Origin: Escherichia phage MIZ4
Sequence record: OR167180
Strand: one strand, 5' to 3'
DNA length: 64,000 bases
A program made the translations under genes and the position numbers. Shown in pieces: positions 12,765 to 21,639 of the stretch (positions within the stretch are counted from its first letter, which is position 1; each line of letters opens with the position of its first letter). The notes beneath the pieces are model-generated. The model saw only the letters and a program-made list of their open reading frames with translations. It did no database searches and was not told the DNA's origin.

Positions 12765-13352
12765 CTAAATATCTAACCAAGACAAGTCAGATCCGCCCAA
12801 GATTTTTTCGACGGCGGATCTATTTTCTTGATGATATAAGTTAAAACATGGTATCCCATGTCTACGGGCAACATAAACAGCAATTCTAGTTCCTCCCGAA
12901 ACGATTCCATTAACTTCTTTCGCCCAAAATATCACACAATCTACCGGATCATCAAGTGTCTCACCTAAGACTTGAGCAACATTTCTAGAAAACAGATTTT
13001 GCATGTATAACGGTATAGAACGAGGATTATCATAAACATGTTCTAATTCATCCATCGCCAGATTTTTTTGTTCTAAGGTTTGCCATGCAATCACATCATG
13101 ACCGTTATGCTTGTGGTCATAAAACTTCCAATTTGGAATGAAAATTTTTCTATAATCTGGATCGTAATACTTCATGAAAGCATTGTCCATACCGTAAGCC
13201 CCTCCAGAATGCGATACAACGCGATTTTCTGACAATACCCTCCCAATGGTACTAGCCATTATCAAAATGTCGCTAGGCGCTTTTCTAGAGCCTATTAAAG
13301 CACATCTACGAAGTGGTTTTACTCCAAATAGATCTTGTAACTGGTCAAACAT
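12765..13352 (-). CDS. SLOG-superfamily (DprA/Smf-like) Rossmann-fold protein, function unknown
   Basis: 195 aa; LIGSRKAP...VVSHSGGAYGMD resembles the DprA core (GSR ... VSGxAxGxD); call is tentative. Confidence 0.5.
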   Translation of the reverse strand: MFDQLQDLFGVKPLRRCALIGSRKAPSDILIMASTIGRVLSENRVVSHSGGAYGMDNAFMKYYDPDYRKIFIPNWKFYDHKHNGHDVIAWQTLEQKNLAMDELEHVYDNPRSIPLYMQNLFSRNVAQVLGETLDDPVDCVIFWAKEVNGIVSGGTRIAVYVARRHGIPCFNLYHQENRSAVEKILGGSDLSWLDI

Positions 13353-13765
13353 AATATTTCCTCCATAGAAAGCAATATCATACTACAAGTTAATAACAAA
13401 TACAAGTATCCGCGTAGCGGAAGCGAGCACAGCGAGCAATAAAACACTTCCAGTAATTGATTAATAAATGTTCGAAACAAATTTTTATTATTCTATAAGA
13501 TAAGTCTTCGTTTTGATCATAATTTAATCACACATGTAAAAACTACACAAAAGGATATCGCTTCGCGAACTCCTACGGAGTATAACATTTGTGTTACAAT
13601 ATGTAGTGATTAATAATTAACCAAAGATACATTTTCTATGTTCTAAAGATCTTTCTTCGTTTTGATCATAATTTAATCAAACAGTATTAATATTGTGCAC
13701 ATGTAAACTAAAATTATGTTAATAACAGATACAAAAAAGCCGCCCCGAAGGACGGCTAATGTTAA
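13353..13765. repeat. AT-rich non-coding region with about 27-bp direct repeats
   Basis: No ORF over 20 codons with RBS; CTTCGTTTTGATCATAATTTAATCA occurs twice (near 13506 and 13656), ACATGTAAA also twice. Confidence 0.5.
13731..13757 (-). terminator. Rho-independent terminator (minus strand)
   Basis: Minus-strand AGCCGTCC-TTCG-GGGCGGC followed by TTTTTT, downstream of the 13766..14203 gene. Confidence 0.6.
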
Positions 13766-14203
13766 TTATTTGTTGATAACGATCTGATTTCGGCGAATGG
13801 TAACATTACTCTTAGAGATGATCAGATCATCCGGCACTACGTTAGTTTTGTATGGCTGGAAGCGAACAAGCATCTGATTGCGTTTAGACCCTTCCTTAAT
13901 CTTGATTTCCATCTGGATATTGTTGCCTACGTGAGCAACCGCAATTTCACCTTTATTCTCATAGACCCACTTGCTGGTAACGTCTCCAGCAAAAGCCTTA
14001 ATAACTTGCAATGCTTCGTCGTATGCGGTAGAGCTGTGAACTTTCAGAAGGCCAGCCGTAGCAAGACGGGAGCAAGTGATCGCCGGAGATTGCCAAACAT
14101 CAACATTAATTTGCTCAATCAGAGTAACACCGCCCTGATCAACTGCTTTGAATGCTTCGAACATTGCCTTTTTCATTGCTACGTGGTTTTTACGGAATTT
14201 CAT
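13766..14203 (-). CDS. Hypothetical protein (145 aa)
   Basis: ATG with RBS AGAGGTGA; no motif recognised. Confidence 0.65.
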   Translation of the reverse strand: MKFRKNHVAMKKAMFEAFKAVDQGGVTLIEQINVDVWQSPAITCSRLATAGLLKVHSSTAYDEALQVIKAFAGDVTSKWVYENKGEIAVAHVGNNIQMEIKIKEGSKRNQMLVRFQPYKTNVVPDDLIISKSNVTIRRNQIVINK

Positions 14204-14249
14204 AATTATTCACCTCTATTGATTAGTTATTCAGAATATTAATTACAAA

Positions 14250-14525
14250 TCAGGACATTGCCCGTTTGAATGCGTCCATTATAACAGTGTTATTTGGCTT
14301 GTCAACACGTTTTTGAACTTTATTTTTAAATTTTTTGTTGATGTGGTGTTTACGATAAACAACCTTTTCACGGTTGGCGTAAGCCTCTCGTGCATCTTTT
14401 ACCATCAACCATGCCTTAGCCGCATCTTGTCCGCTGATCCCGCCAATCTTCTTAGCAATATCAACAAAATTAAGACCGTGGTCTTCGCGTAGCATGTAAA
14501 CCATTAACGCTGTTTTCTTGTCCAT
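14250..14525 (-). CDS. Hypothetical protein (91 aa), possible helix-turn-helix
   Basis: Start taken at MDKKTAL, where the ATG overlaps the stop of the upstream gene; track ORF extends further in an overlapping frame. Confidence 0.5.
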   Translation of the reverse strand: MDKKTALMVYMLREDHGLNFVDIAKKIGGISGQDAAKAWLMVKDAREAYANREKVVYRKHHINKKFKNKVQKRVDKPNNTVIMDAFKRAMS

Positions 14526-14722
14526 CACTTCGCCCCATTGACGATTAACAGGATAGTGATCAGTACCGGAAACTGGATCATGACAGTACCAATAAACCGG
14601 ATAAACGCATTTTCTGACTTCCACACATGACATGCGACTAGCTGATAGACCATTGTTGCAACCAAAGCCAGAAAATACATCTCGATTGGTGCTTCTTTGA
14701 TCAATCGTACAATCTCATTCAT
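14525..14722 (-). CDS. Small hydrophobic (membrane) protein, 65 aa
   Basis: ATG with GAGGTGAAG RBS; two hydrophobic segments. Confidence 0.55.
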   Translation of the reverse strand: MNEIVRLIKEAPIEMYFLALVATMVYQLVACHVWKSENAFIRFIGTVMIQFPVLITILLIVNGAK

Positions 14723-14883
14723 ACTTCACCTCATACATTCATAAACACAACAACGAATAGGACAGTAACAGTTATTAAAGCCATTTTCAACCCCATATTC
14801 ATAATATTTTCTTCGCCTCACTATGACAGTAGCATGTCGATGCGTGCCATTATAGGCATCTAAATCGCTCTGTCAAGCACTAA

Positions 14884-14913
14884 AAACAAAAAAGCCACCC
14901 CGAAGGATGGCTG
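14884..14913 (-). terminator. Rho-independent terminator after hoc (minus strand)
   Basis: Minus-strand AGCCATCC-TTCG-GGGTGGC followed by a T-run. Confidence 0.6.
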
Positions 14914-14923
14914 ATAGATTTCA

Positions 14924-16138
14924 TTAAGCAGGATGCGTTTCACGAATACGTAGAACTCGCTCTAACGTATCTCGGTCCAGTTTATGTAACTCTTTGGAAT
15001 GATACATGAAACCATTGCGAGATTCCATGCAAGTGCAATCACTATATTTTTCTTCCGCTGCCGCGATTGTCTCCAGATCTTTGGCGTACTTGCTGGTAGA
15101 ATAAACTTCTCGGTCACGCCACTCTAACCCAGCCTCATTGAATTTAACAATCTCGTCAAATACCCACCATCCAATGTAGATAAATGAAGTTTTGCGCCAC
15201 GGGATCGGGTGTACGTAACGAAACATTTTAACAACTTCAATGGAACATTTTCTGCTTGTACTTGCTGCAACTTCTACTGTTTCCTCTTCGATCTGTTGAT
15301 ATAGTTTAGCAACACACCAGAATTTGGCTGTGTCATCGTAAGTAGCACTCTCTTTGAACAGATGACCGTCTGGAGTGATAGAAAATCCTTCCAGTGCTTC
15401 GCCAACCTCACTACCGATCAGAGTCGGTGACATTTGCCCTTCGCGCTGCAAATACCAGTTATGTTTGATCGTCAATTCAGGCATACCGCTAGAATCGCCT
15501 ACAATGTCCTCTGACACAACATAATTAAGTAAGATCTCATTACCTATTGCCACGGTCTTTGATTCCACCACATCCTGTTCTACGTTCATTGTTGCCAGCA
15601 TGATTTTAGTCGATGCGCTATCGGCTGAATTTTCCGACTCACCCCACACTTTTACAGTATACACGCCGTTTTTATCTGCTGTAAATTTTTTGATTGTAAT
15701 ATTCTGTTTTGTGTCTATAACTTCTTCGCCCTTACTCCAACTATAATGTAGTTCATAGTCGTCTGCTGGAGTCTTCCCACCAGAAAAATTTACTGTTGCA
15801 TGTAATTCTACGTCTTTTTGTGATGATACGTAGAAATGCTGCGGTTCGGTGATATTTACGATTAATTCAGCTTCTTCCATGAGGAAAACTTCAGATTCTA
15901 CTGATTCCGTCGTATCGGTATCCTGTACCGTTACTTTATAGCTACCAGCATTTTCACTTGTTGCACCTACTACAGATAGCGTAGCTGTGCTATTTTCATG
16001 CGGTTGGTCGTCTTTTGTCCATGTATATGTCAAATTGCTGGGTAATGGTTCGTCACCAGCTACAGTCGCCGTTAAGGTGAAACCATCTCCAGCAAGAAAA
16101 CATCTTTTGTTAGATTGTATTGATACTGTGAAAGCCAT
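14924..16138 (-). CDS. hoc: Hoc, outer capsid protein with Ig-like domains
   Basis: 404 aa; C-terminal capsid-binding region matches T4 Hoc (YVHPIPWRKTSFIYIGWWVFDEI, ESRNGFMYH); N-terminal Ig-like repeats. Confidence 0.9.
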   Translation of the reverse strand: MAFTVSIQSNKRCFLAGDGFTLTATVAGDEPLPSNLTYTWTKDDQPHENSTATLSVVGATSENAGSYKVTVQDTDTTESVESEVFLMEEAELIVNITEPQHFYVSSQKDVELHATVNFSGGKTPADDYELHYSWSKGEEVIDTKQNITIKKFTADKNGVYTVKVWGESENSADSASTKIMLATMNVEQDVVESKTVAIGNEILLNYVVSEDIVGDSSGMPELTIKHNWYLQREGQMSPTLIGSEVGEALEGFSITPDGHLFKESATYDDTAKFWCVAKLYQQIEEETVEVAASTSRKCSIEVVKMFRYVHPIPWRKTSFIYIGWWVFDEIVKFNEAGLEWRDREVYSTSKYAKDLETIAAAEEKYSDCTCMESRNGFMYHSKELHKLDRDTLERVLRIRETHPA

Positions 16139-16233
16139 ATAAAGCCACTCCCATCGAAAATCCGAATTTAATTAATTGAAATAGTTGATTGTCATCAACC
16201 AGATAACCATTGCGAGATTCCAATACATGAGTA

Positions 16234-16398
16234 TTAGAATAGTGATGCAACGAGGCCGAAATAGTATCGATCTCGTCTGGGTATTTGTTCTGCTATAAAG
16301 TCTGCTGTACTAACAACAATCTTTAACAGAAGTGGATGACCAACGGAGCCATAAACCGGATCTTCTGTTTGATGTAATACATTGATTTTGTTAGACAT
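16234..16398 (-). CDS. Hypothetical small protein (54 aa)
   Basis: ATG with AGAGGA RBS; lies between inh and hoc. Confidence 0.4.
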   Translation of the reverse strand: MSNKINVLHQTEDPVYGSVGHPLLLKIVVSTADFIAEQIPRRDRYYFGLVASLF

Positions 16399-16478
16399 GT
16401 AGTATCCTCTTTTTAATTGCATAACGGAACTACAATTAAAATTATAACAAATATTTCACAACTTTTATCACCCAAAAA

Positions 16479-17204
16479 TTACTTGAGTGTGTGGAATTGG
16501 CTGTGTTTAGTCTCTCGCACCTTGACAGACCCATCGCGTTTGATATAATAGATCAGCGACTTGAGGGTGTCGTGTACATACGCGTGCGGGAAACGTTCTG
16601 GATACTTCTTCCAATCTGGAGTATTAACGATCCAGTCGAAAATCCACCACGGACAGGAGTAGTAACCACGACCGCCACCGATCAAGCAAATGGTCGGACG
16701 GAAGCCGGTAAGATCGCAAAATGAATCAGTGTCATGTGCTGGGGAACGATGCTCTGCTTCGTCAGATAAAATGTTGGCTACCGGAGATTCCACTTTAACT
16801 TCCGGTGCTTCTTCAACATCTGACTTAACTTCTTCGACCACTGGTTCAACTGCCGGAGATTCTTCTTTTGTTTCTTCAATGACGATCTCAGGTTCTTTCA
16901 TTGCTTCAACCAGAGACGGATCAACTTCGTCGAATACTACTTTATCATCTGCGGTGTCTGCTGCCAGAATAAGATCGTTAATACTGGTTCCTTCTGCCGG
17001 AGTTTCTTCTTCCATTTCGGAAGCCAGTTTAGTTAATTCGGTTTCTACGAACTCGATCATGTTATCTAGTGATAAAGTCTTTTTGACCTTAATATCAAAT
17101 TGTTTTGCGTAGTCCGCTAATTCTGTTTTAGCGGCTTTCTGTGATTCTTTGTCGTCGGACGCCGCAATAGCGCGGAGTTCTTCGAAATATTCTTTATCAA
17201 ACAT
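16479..17204 (-). CDS. inh: Inh, inhibitor of prohead protease
   Basis: 241 aa; position between hoc and uvsW as in T4; acidic middle, Cys/Trp-rich C-terminus (CPWWIFDW). Confidence 0.8.
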   Translation of the reverse strand: MFDKEYFEELRAIAASDDKESQKAAKTELADYAKQFDIKVKKTLSLDNMIEFVETELTKLASEMEEETPAEGTSINDLILAADTADDKVVFDEVDPSLVEAMKEPEIVIEETKEESPAVEPVVEEVKSDVEEAPEVKVESPVANILSDEAEHRSPAHDTDSFCDLTGFRPTICLIGGGRGYYSCPWWIFDWIVNTPDWKKYPERFPHAYVHDTLKSLIYYIKRDGSVKVRETKHSQFHTLK

Positions 17205-17230
17205 GTTATTCTCCTGATTGGGGGTGTTTG

Positions 17231-17238
17231 TATAAATA
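17231..17238 (+). promoter_or_regulatory. Late promoter motif TATAAATA upstream of uvsW
   Basis: Exact TATAAATA about 37 nt upstream of ATG 17275; consistent with late expression of uvsW in T4. Confidence 0.5.
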
Positions 17239-17274
17239 TTTGTATACTGTATTTATTGAGTGAGGCTATTCGCT

Positions 17275-18777
17275 ATGCAAGATATTAAAATTCACTTTCT
17301 GAACTACTCCCATGTTCAAATTGAATGTAGCGATTCAATTTTATTAGAAATGCGAGATTATTTTAGTTTTGAAGTCGAGGGAGCGCGGTTTCAAAAAAGA
17401 TTTAAGTATGGTGGATGGGATGGGCGTATTCGTCTTTTAGATTACAACGGAAAGCTGCCAATCGGCCTAACTAAAACCGTGGGAATCTTCGCTAAAAATA
17501 TGGGCTATAGCGTATGGGTAGATCCTCGCTTATTCGAAAAAGAACAAGTTACAGAAGAAGAAATTACAAAATGGTGTAATGACTTAGAATTATATTCCGG
17601 TGCTAACAGGATCACCCCGCATTGGTATCAATCAAAGGCCGTCTTTGAAGGTATTCATCATAAACGCCGTATGTTAGTTTTGCCTACGTCCGCTGGTAAA
17701 TCTGCGATTGCTTGTATGTTATCTCGTTGGTACTTAGAGAACTACGAAGGGAAAGTGTTGATCATCGTTCCTACCACGTCGCTAGTGCTGCAAATGCGTG
17801 ATGACTTTGTTGATTATCGCCAGTTTCCTTATGAAGCAATTCATACTATCATGAGCGGTACTAGTAAACACGTAGGTGATCGCCTGATCGTTGTTAGTAC
17901 GTGGCAATCTGCATGTAAACAACCTAGTGAGTGGTTCCAGCAATTTGGGATGGTAATTGTTGATGAATGTCACAAGGCCACTGCTAAAAACCTGCTAAAC
18001 ATCGTTACTGATATGGATCATTGCCAATTTAAGATCGGCATGACTGGTTCCCCTCGTGACGGGAAAGCTAACATGATGCAGTATGTCGGGCTTTTCGGTG
18101 ATATTTCTAAGATCGTTAGCATTGACCGCCTGATGGAAGAAGGGCAGGTGACAAAACTGAAAATTAACTGTCTTTTCCTTCGTTATACCGATGAGGAATG
18201 TAGCGCGGTTAAGGGGCGAGAATATGCGGAAGAGATCAAGTATATTACGTCTAACCCACGACGAAATAAGTTTGCTTGTAATTTGGCGCTAAAACTCGCT
18301 AAGAAGGGAGAAAACGTATTCCTTATGTTCCGCAATACTAAGCACGGAAAACTTATGTATGACGCGTTACAGAAGGTACACGACAAGGTTTATTATATTG
18401 ACGGTGGAGTTAAGACAGAAGAACGTGATGAATTTAAGAAAATGGCGGAGGGTGACACCGGGATCATTTGTGTTGCGTCTTATGGTGTATTCTCTACTGG
18501 TGTTTCAATTAAGAATTTGCATCATGTTATTTTCGGTCATCCAGTGAAGGAATCAACTATCGTTCGTCAGAGTATCGGTCGTGCATTGCGTAAACATGGT
18601 TCGAAAGACATTGCAACGGTCTGGGATCTTATAGATCATCTGGCGGTGAAGACAAAGAGCAAGAATGCTAAGAAACAGTTTAGTCACCTTAATTATGCTC
18701 TTAAACATGCCCTTGAAAGAATAAAAATTTACAACACCGACCGATTCGAATATGTCACGAAAACCATCGAGATTTAA
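17275..18777 (+). CDS. uvsW: UvsW ATP-dependent DNA helicase
   Basis: Colinear with T4 UvsW (NYEGKVLIIVPTT, GKANMMQYVG, VASYGVFSTG, IATVWDLID); start moved to first ATG. Confidence 0.93.
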   Translation: MQDIKIHFLNYSHVQIECSDSILLEMRDYFSFEVEGARFQKRFKYGGWDGRIRLLDYNGKLPIGLTKTVGIFAKNMGYSVWVDPRLFEKEQVTEEEITKWCNDLELYSGANRITPHWYQSKAVFEGIHHKRRMLVLPTSAGKSAIACMLSRWYLENYEGKVLIIVPTTSLVLQMRDDFVDYRQFPYEAIHTIMSGTSKHVGDRLIVVSTWQSACKQPSEWFQQFGMVIVDECHKATAKNLLNIVTDMDHCQFKIGMTGSPRDGKANMMQYVGLFGDISKIVSIDRLMEEGQVTKLKINCLFLRYTDEECSAVKGREYAEEIKYITSNPRRNKFACNLALKLAKKGENVFLMFRNTKHGKLMYDALQKVHDKVYYIDGGVKTEERDEFKKMAEGDTGIICVASYGVFSTGVSIKNLHHVIFGHPVKESTIVRQSIGRALRKHGSKDIATVWDLIDHLAVKTKSKNAKKQFSHLNYALKHALERIKIYNTDRFEYVTKTIEI

Positions 18778-18784
18778 TAAATAG

Positions 18785-18808
18785 GGGCTTTAATGCCCCT
18801 TTATTCTA
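18785..18808 (+). terminator. Hairpin/terminator after uvsW
   Basis: GGGGCTTTAATGCCCC stem-loop followed by TTTATT. Confidence 0.45.
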
Positions 18809-18820
18809 CGGAGATTAAAA

Positions 18821-19057
18821 ATGATTAGCTTTAAACGTTTTTTGGTTGAGGCCGCTATTGACGGTTTCATGAGTAAGATTTATTCTTGTAATACTATCGA
18901 GGGATTAAATGAACTTGAGGCATATTATGAGAAGCGCAAGAAAGAAACAGAATTGAAACCTGCTGATGATATTTCGATCCGTGATGCCATCGCTGGACGC
19001 CGTAAGCAACTGGAAGCGGACAACGAGCCAGAAGAGGAGCCGGAAGAGGATTTTTAA
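18821..19057 (+). CDS. uvsW.1: UvsW.1-like small protein
   Basis: 78 aa immediately downstream of uvsW, as T4 UvsW.1. Confidence 0.7.
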   Translation: MISFKRFLVEAAIDGFMSKIYSCNTIEGLNELEAYYEKRKKETELKPADDISIRDAIAGRRKQLEADNEPEEEPEEDF

Positions 19058-19069
19058 GATATAAAAAAG

Positions 19070-19095
19070 CCCCATCAATGATGGGGCAAAATAAA
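19070..19095. terminator. Bidirectional hairpin terminator between convergent genes
   Basis: GCCCCATC...GATGGGGC inverted repeat flanked by A-run and T-rich sequence. Confidence 0.5.
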
Positions 19096-19120
19096 CCAAT
19101 TAAAATCGGTTATCAACAAA

Positions 19121-19297
19121 TTACATTAACAGCATTGTTTGCTCTACGAGTTGTTCTTGTTCTTCGCCGTTCGCATCTTCACTAATCGAACGTTCTGTTA
19201 CTAGCTGTAAGCAGTAGCCAGTGTGAACAACGCCGTTTTCTGTCTGGACTGCTAACGCATCCTCGACAGGTTGTTTACAACAAATACAGATTTTCAT
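19121..19297 (-). CDS. UvsY.-2-like Cys-rich small protein (58 aa)
   Basis: Translated by eye: MKICICCKQPVEDALAVQTENGVVHTGYC...; downstream of uvsY as in T4. Confidence 0.45.
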   Translation of the reverse strand: MKICICCKQPVEDALAVQTENGVVHTGYCLQLVTERSISEDANGEEQEQLVEQTMLLM

Positions 19298-19318
19298 AAA
19301 AATTCCTCCTGCATGTAT

Positions 19319-19726
19319 TTAGCGACCAGATTCCAGCATACGCAATTCTATAGCATTCTTGATCGCAAATCCACGAGATTTAACGATATCAAGTGCGCGA
19401 CCAGCAAAATCCATTACCATCTGGTAATATGCAATTTTCGTATCAAGCGGTAAGATCTCGTCGTCTGCTGCCATGACAACTTTCAATTCTGATTTCTCAT
19501 ATTCAGCACGACACCAGTCATCACTACGGTTAGTGTAAAAGTCAAGACGATTTTTCATAGCCTTTTTCTTTTTAGCCTCAAGTGCAATCGTCTCTCTTTT
19601 CGCCTCGCTGTAAATCCTTAACCACTTTGAGTATACTACCGGATTATTCAGCGCCTCCCATTGCAACTTAGTCGCATCGATCTTCATGTCAGCTTCTAAT
19701 TGTTCTTTCAAATCGTTTAGGTCCAT
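19319..19726 (-). CDS. uvsY: UvsY recombination mediator
   Basis: 135 aa; matches T4 UvsY (KSRGFAIK, YSKWL). Confidence 0.9.
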   Translation of the reverse strand: MDLNDLKEQLEADMKIDATKLQWEALNNPVVYSKWLRIYSEAKRETIALEAKKKKAMKNRLDFYTNRSDDWCRAEYEKSELKVVMAADDEILPLDTKIAYYQMVMDFAGRALDIVKSRGFAIKNAIELRMLESGR

Positions 19727-19773
19727 AATATCCCCTTATTCACACTAAGACCTATATCATATCACACACAAAA

Positions 19774-20160
19774 TCACTTTGCAAGTCTTATGCGTAGTTG
19801 TTCAAGATCATCTGGGTTATCTATTACTGAAAAGTAGATTGATACTATGATTGAGTTATCGTCGTACTGCGGAGTTACTTCTACTGTCAGGTTTCGGACC
19901 CGTGGTTCATAGTTTCGGATCGCCTCATTGATGTTTTTTGATAAGGTATCCACTGTCAGTGGGTTCATGTTCTCAAACAGTGATTTATTGAGATCGCATC
20001 CAAACAGTGGATCAAATGGACGAGATCCCTTGCGAGTAGTCACGATCAGTAGAATAGAATCCTTAACCGCTTTAATCCCTATGTTCTTTTTAACGTCGTT
20101 ATTCCACGATCTGGATATATTGAGATCCAAATCAGTATACATCTGATTAATAGTTGCCAT
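19774..20160 (-). CDS. 25: Baseplate wedge protein gp25
   Basis: Matches T4 gp25 (TTRKGSRPFDPLFGCDL, RNYEPR, FSVIDNPDD); start at ATG 20160 with GAGG RBS. Confidence 0.9.
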   Translation of the reverse strand: MATINQMYTDLDLNISRSWNNDVKKNIGIKAVKDSILLIVTTRKGSRPFDPLFGCDLNKSLFENMNPLTVDTLSKNINEAIRNYEPRVRNLTVEVTPQYDDNSIIVSIYFSVIDNPDDLEQLRIRLAK

Positions 20161-20168
20161 GTTATACC

Positions 20169-20798
20169 TCAAAGAATTTTAAGGAAACTGGATAGACCTG
20201 ATAATGAATATACACCAGATTCCCCGCATTCGCACTTGATCGGTACTGCCAGCGTGATTTGATTTCTTGTTAGCTCGTCGATCACTTCTTCCACTTTATC
20301 CGTGGTAAGCATATCCAGCACGCGGTCAAAGTCCTGTGCGTTCAGGTCGTCTATATTGAATTGCTGATCGCCGATCACGATATATTCGATACATGCAATT
20401 ACCATCTGCATAATATCAACATCTTCTGTAAACTTAGGTTGACGAAACTTGATTTTTACTTGTCCTAAGTCTAGAATATACGGTTCAACTTCTGGTATCT
20501 GTGTGCGTGAAACATCAAGAGAATATACTTTCTCTTTATTGCATACACCACATACCCAAGTAGCATCAATTTTCATCTTATTGAGGCTGTGACACCATAA
20601 GAGAAGAAAAATATATTCTGCTTCGCATTTCTCTAGCTCTAATGCATTGATCCCCGTACATTCATGTATGATCTCTATAACAACCTCTGACAGCTTGCCA
20701 GTCTCTTTTGCTGCTACCAGTTTTTGAAATTCGCCGAAGGTGAAAGCACGGGCGTGTATCAACTTTTCGCCTAATTGGATCTTGAAAAAGTATTGCAT
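20169..20798 (-). CDS. 26: Baseplate hub protein gp26
   Basis: 209 aa, position between 25 and 51 (T4 gp26 208 aa). Confidence 0.8.
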   Translation of the reverse strand: MQYFFKIQLGEKLIHARAFTFGEFQKLVAAKETGKLSEVVIEIIHECTGINALELEKCEAEYIFLLLWCHSLNKMKIDATWVCGVCNKEKVYSLDVSRTQIPEVEPYILDLGQVKIKFRQPKFTEDVDIMQMVIACIEYIVIGDQQFNIDDLNAQDFDRVLDMLTTDKVEEVIDELTRNQITLAVPIKCECGESGVYSLSGLSSFLKIL

Positions 20799-20840
20799 AA
20801 TAAAACACCCTTTATAAACACATAGAATTATTTAGTATTT

Positions 20841-20848
20841 TATAAATA
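20841..20848 (+). promoter_or_regulatory. Late promoter motif TATAAATA upstream of gene 51
   Basis: Exact TATAAATA about 21 nt upstream of ATG 20869. Confidence 0.45.
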
Positions 20849-20868
20849 CCCGAAAGGGGGATTATACC

Positions 20869-21639
20869 ATGAATATTATCCGAATAAAACTACCGGAAGG
20901 TGTGCAGAGATTTAAACCATTCACGGTAAAAGATTATAGAGATTTCCTTCTGGTGTCAACTGAAATTAAGATGAATCCAGAAGAAGAACAAACGATTCTT
21001 GATGAGCTATTAGAAGAAATATATCCAGACGTAGATCCGGCATTTCGTGAATATATTTTCCTGAATGTCTTTACTAGTTCAATTGGTAAAACTAAGATAC
21101 CGCTTTGTTTTACTTGCCCGACTTGCAACAAAGAAAGAAAAATGTTGCTTAACTTACAGATTGAAGCACTAAAACCAATCGTTCTAGAGGCCGCAGGGCT
21201 TAAAATAACTTTCCGGTATGTTAAACCATCAACCGACTATGCAAAAACGTTTCTGGATGCGATAGAGCGTGTATCTGATGGTATTAATGATTATCTATGG
21301 ACTGAATTACCGGAAGAAGTTAGAGAACAGGTTATTGATTCAATCTCATTTGCTGAATTTGAAGAAGTTGTTAAGCAGATGCACACAATCAAGATCGAAC
21401 AAAAGATATCTTGTTGTGAAAGTCATGACCTGAAATACATAGGTCTTCTTCCATTATTCAAATTGTTGTTGAATCCAGATGAGTTATTCATCTTTTATCG
21501 AATAAACCATCTATTGGCAAAATCAAATTATTCTATCAGTGATCTTATGGATATGTTACCAGTCGAGAGAAACATTGCACTGACATTGGTTGAGAAAGAC
21601 GTAAAAGAGGCAAATAATGCAAAGAACGGGGTTTCCTAA
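20869..21639 (+). CDS. 51: Baseplate hub assembly protein gp51
   Basis: 256 aa, position between 26 and 27. Confidence 0.75.
   Translation: MNIIRIKLPEGVQRFKPFTVKDYRDFLLVSTEIKMNPEEEQTILDELLEEIYPDVDPAFREYIFLNVFTSSIGKTKIPLCFTCPTCNKERKMLLNLQIEALKPIVLEAAGLKITFRYVKPSTDYAKTFLDAIERVSDGINDYLWTELPEEVREQVIDSISFAEFEEVVKQMHTIKIEQKISCCESHDLKYIGLLPLFKLLLNPDELFIFYRINHLLAKSNYSISDLMDMLPVERNIALTLVEKDVKEANNAKNGVS

Noticed and set aside
13353-13765. tRNA or other structured RNA gene in the AT-rich island
   Set aside because: No cloverleaf-compatible segments or conserved tRNA boxes found by eye. The region is too AT-rich and repeat-dominated; left as an unexplained repeat region.
16491-17112. Two plus-strand ORFs (77 and 140 aa) antisense to inh
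   Set aside because: Ser/Thr-rich low-complexity translations of the reverse strand of the acidic inh region; no start context.
20801-20848. Minus-strand late promoter for gene 26 in the 26/51 divergent intergenic region
   Set aside because: The exact TATAAATA occurs only in plus orientation (serving gene 51). The minus strand reads TTTATAAA, which does not match the late consensus.
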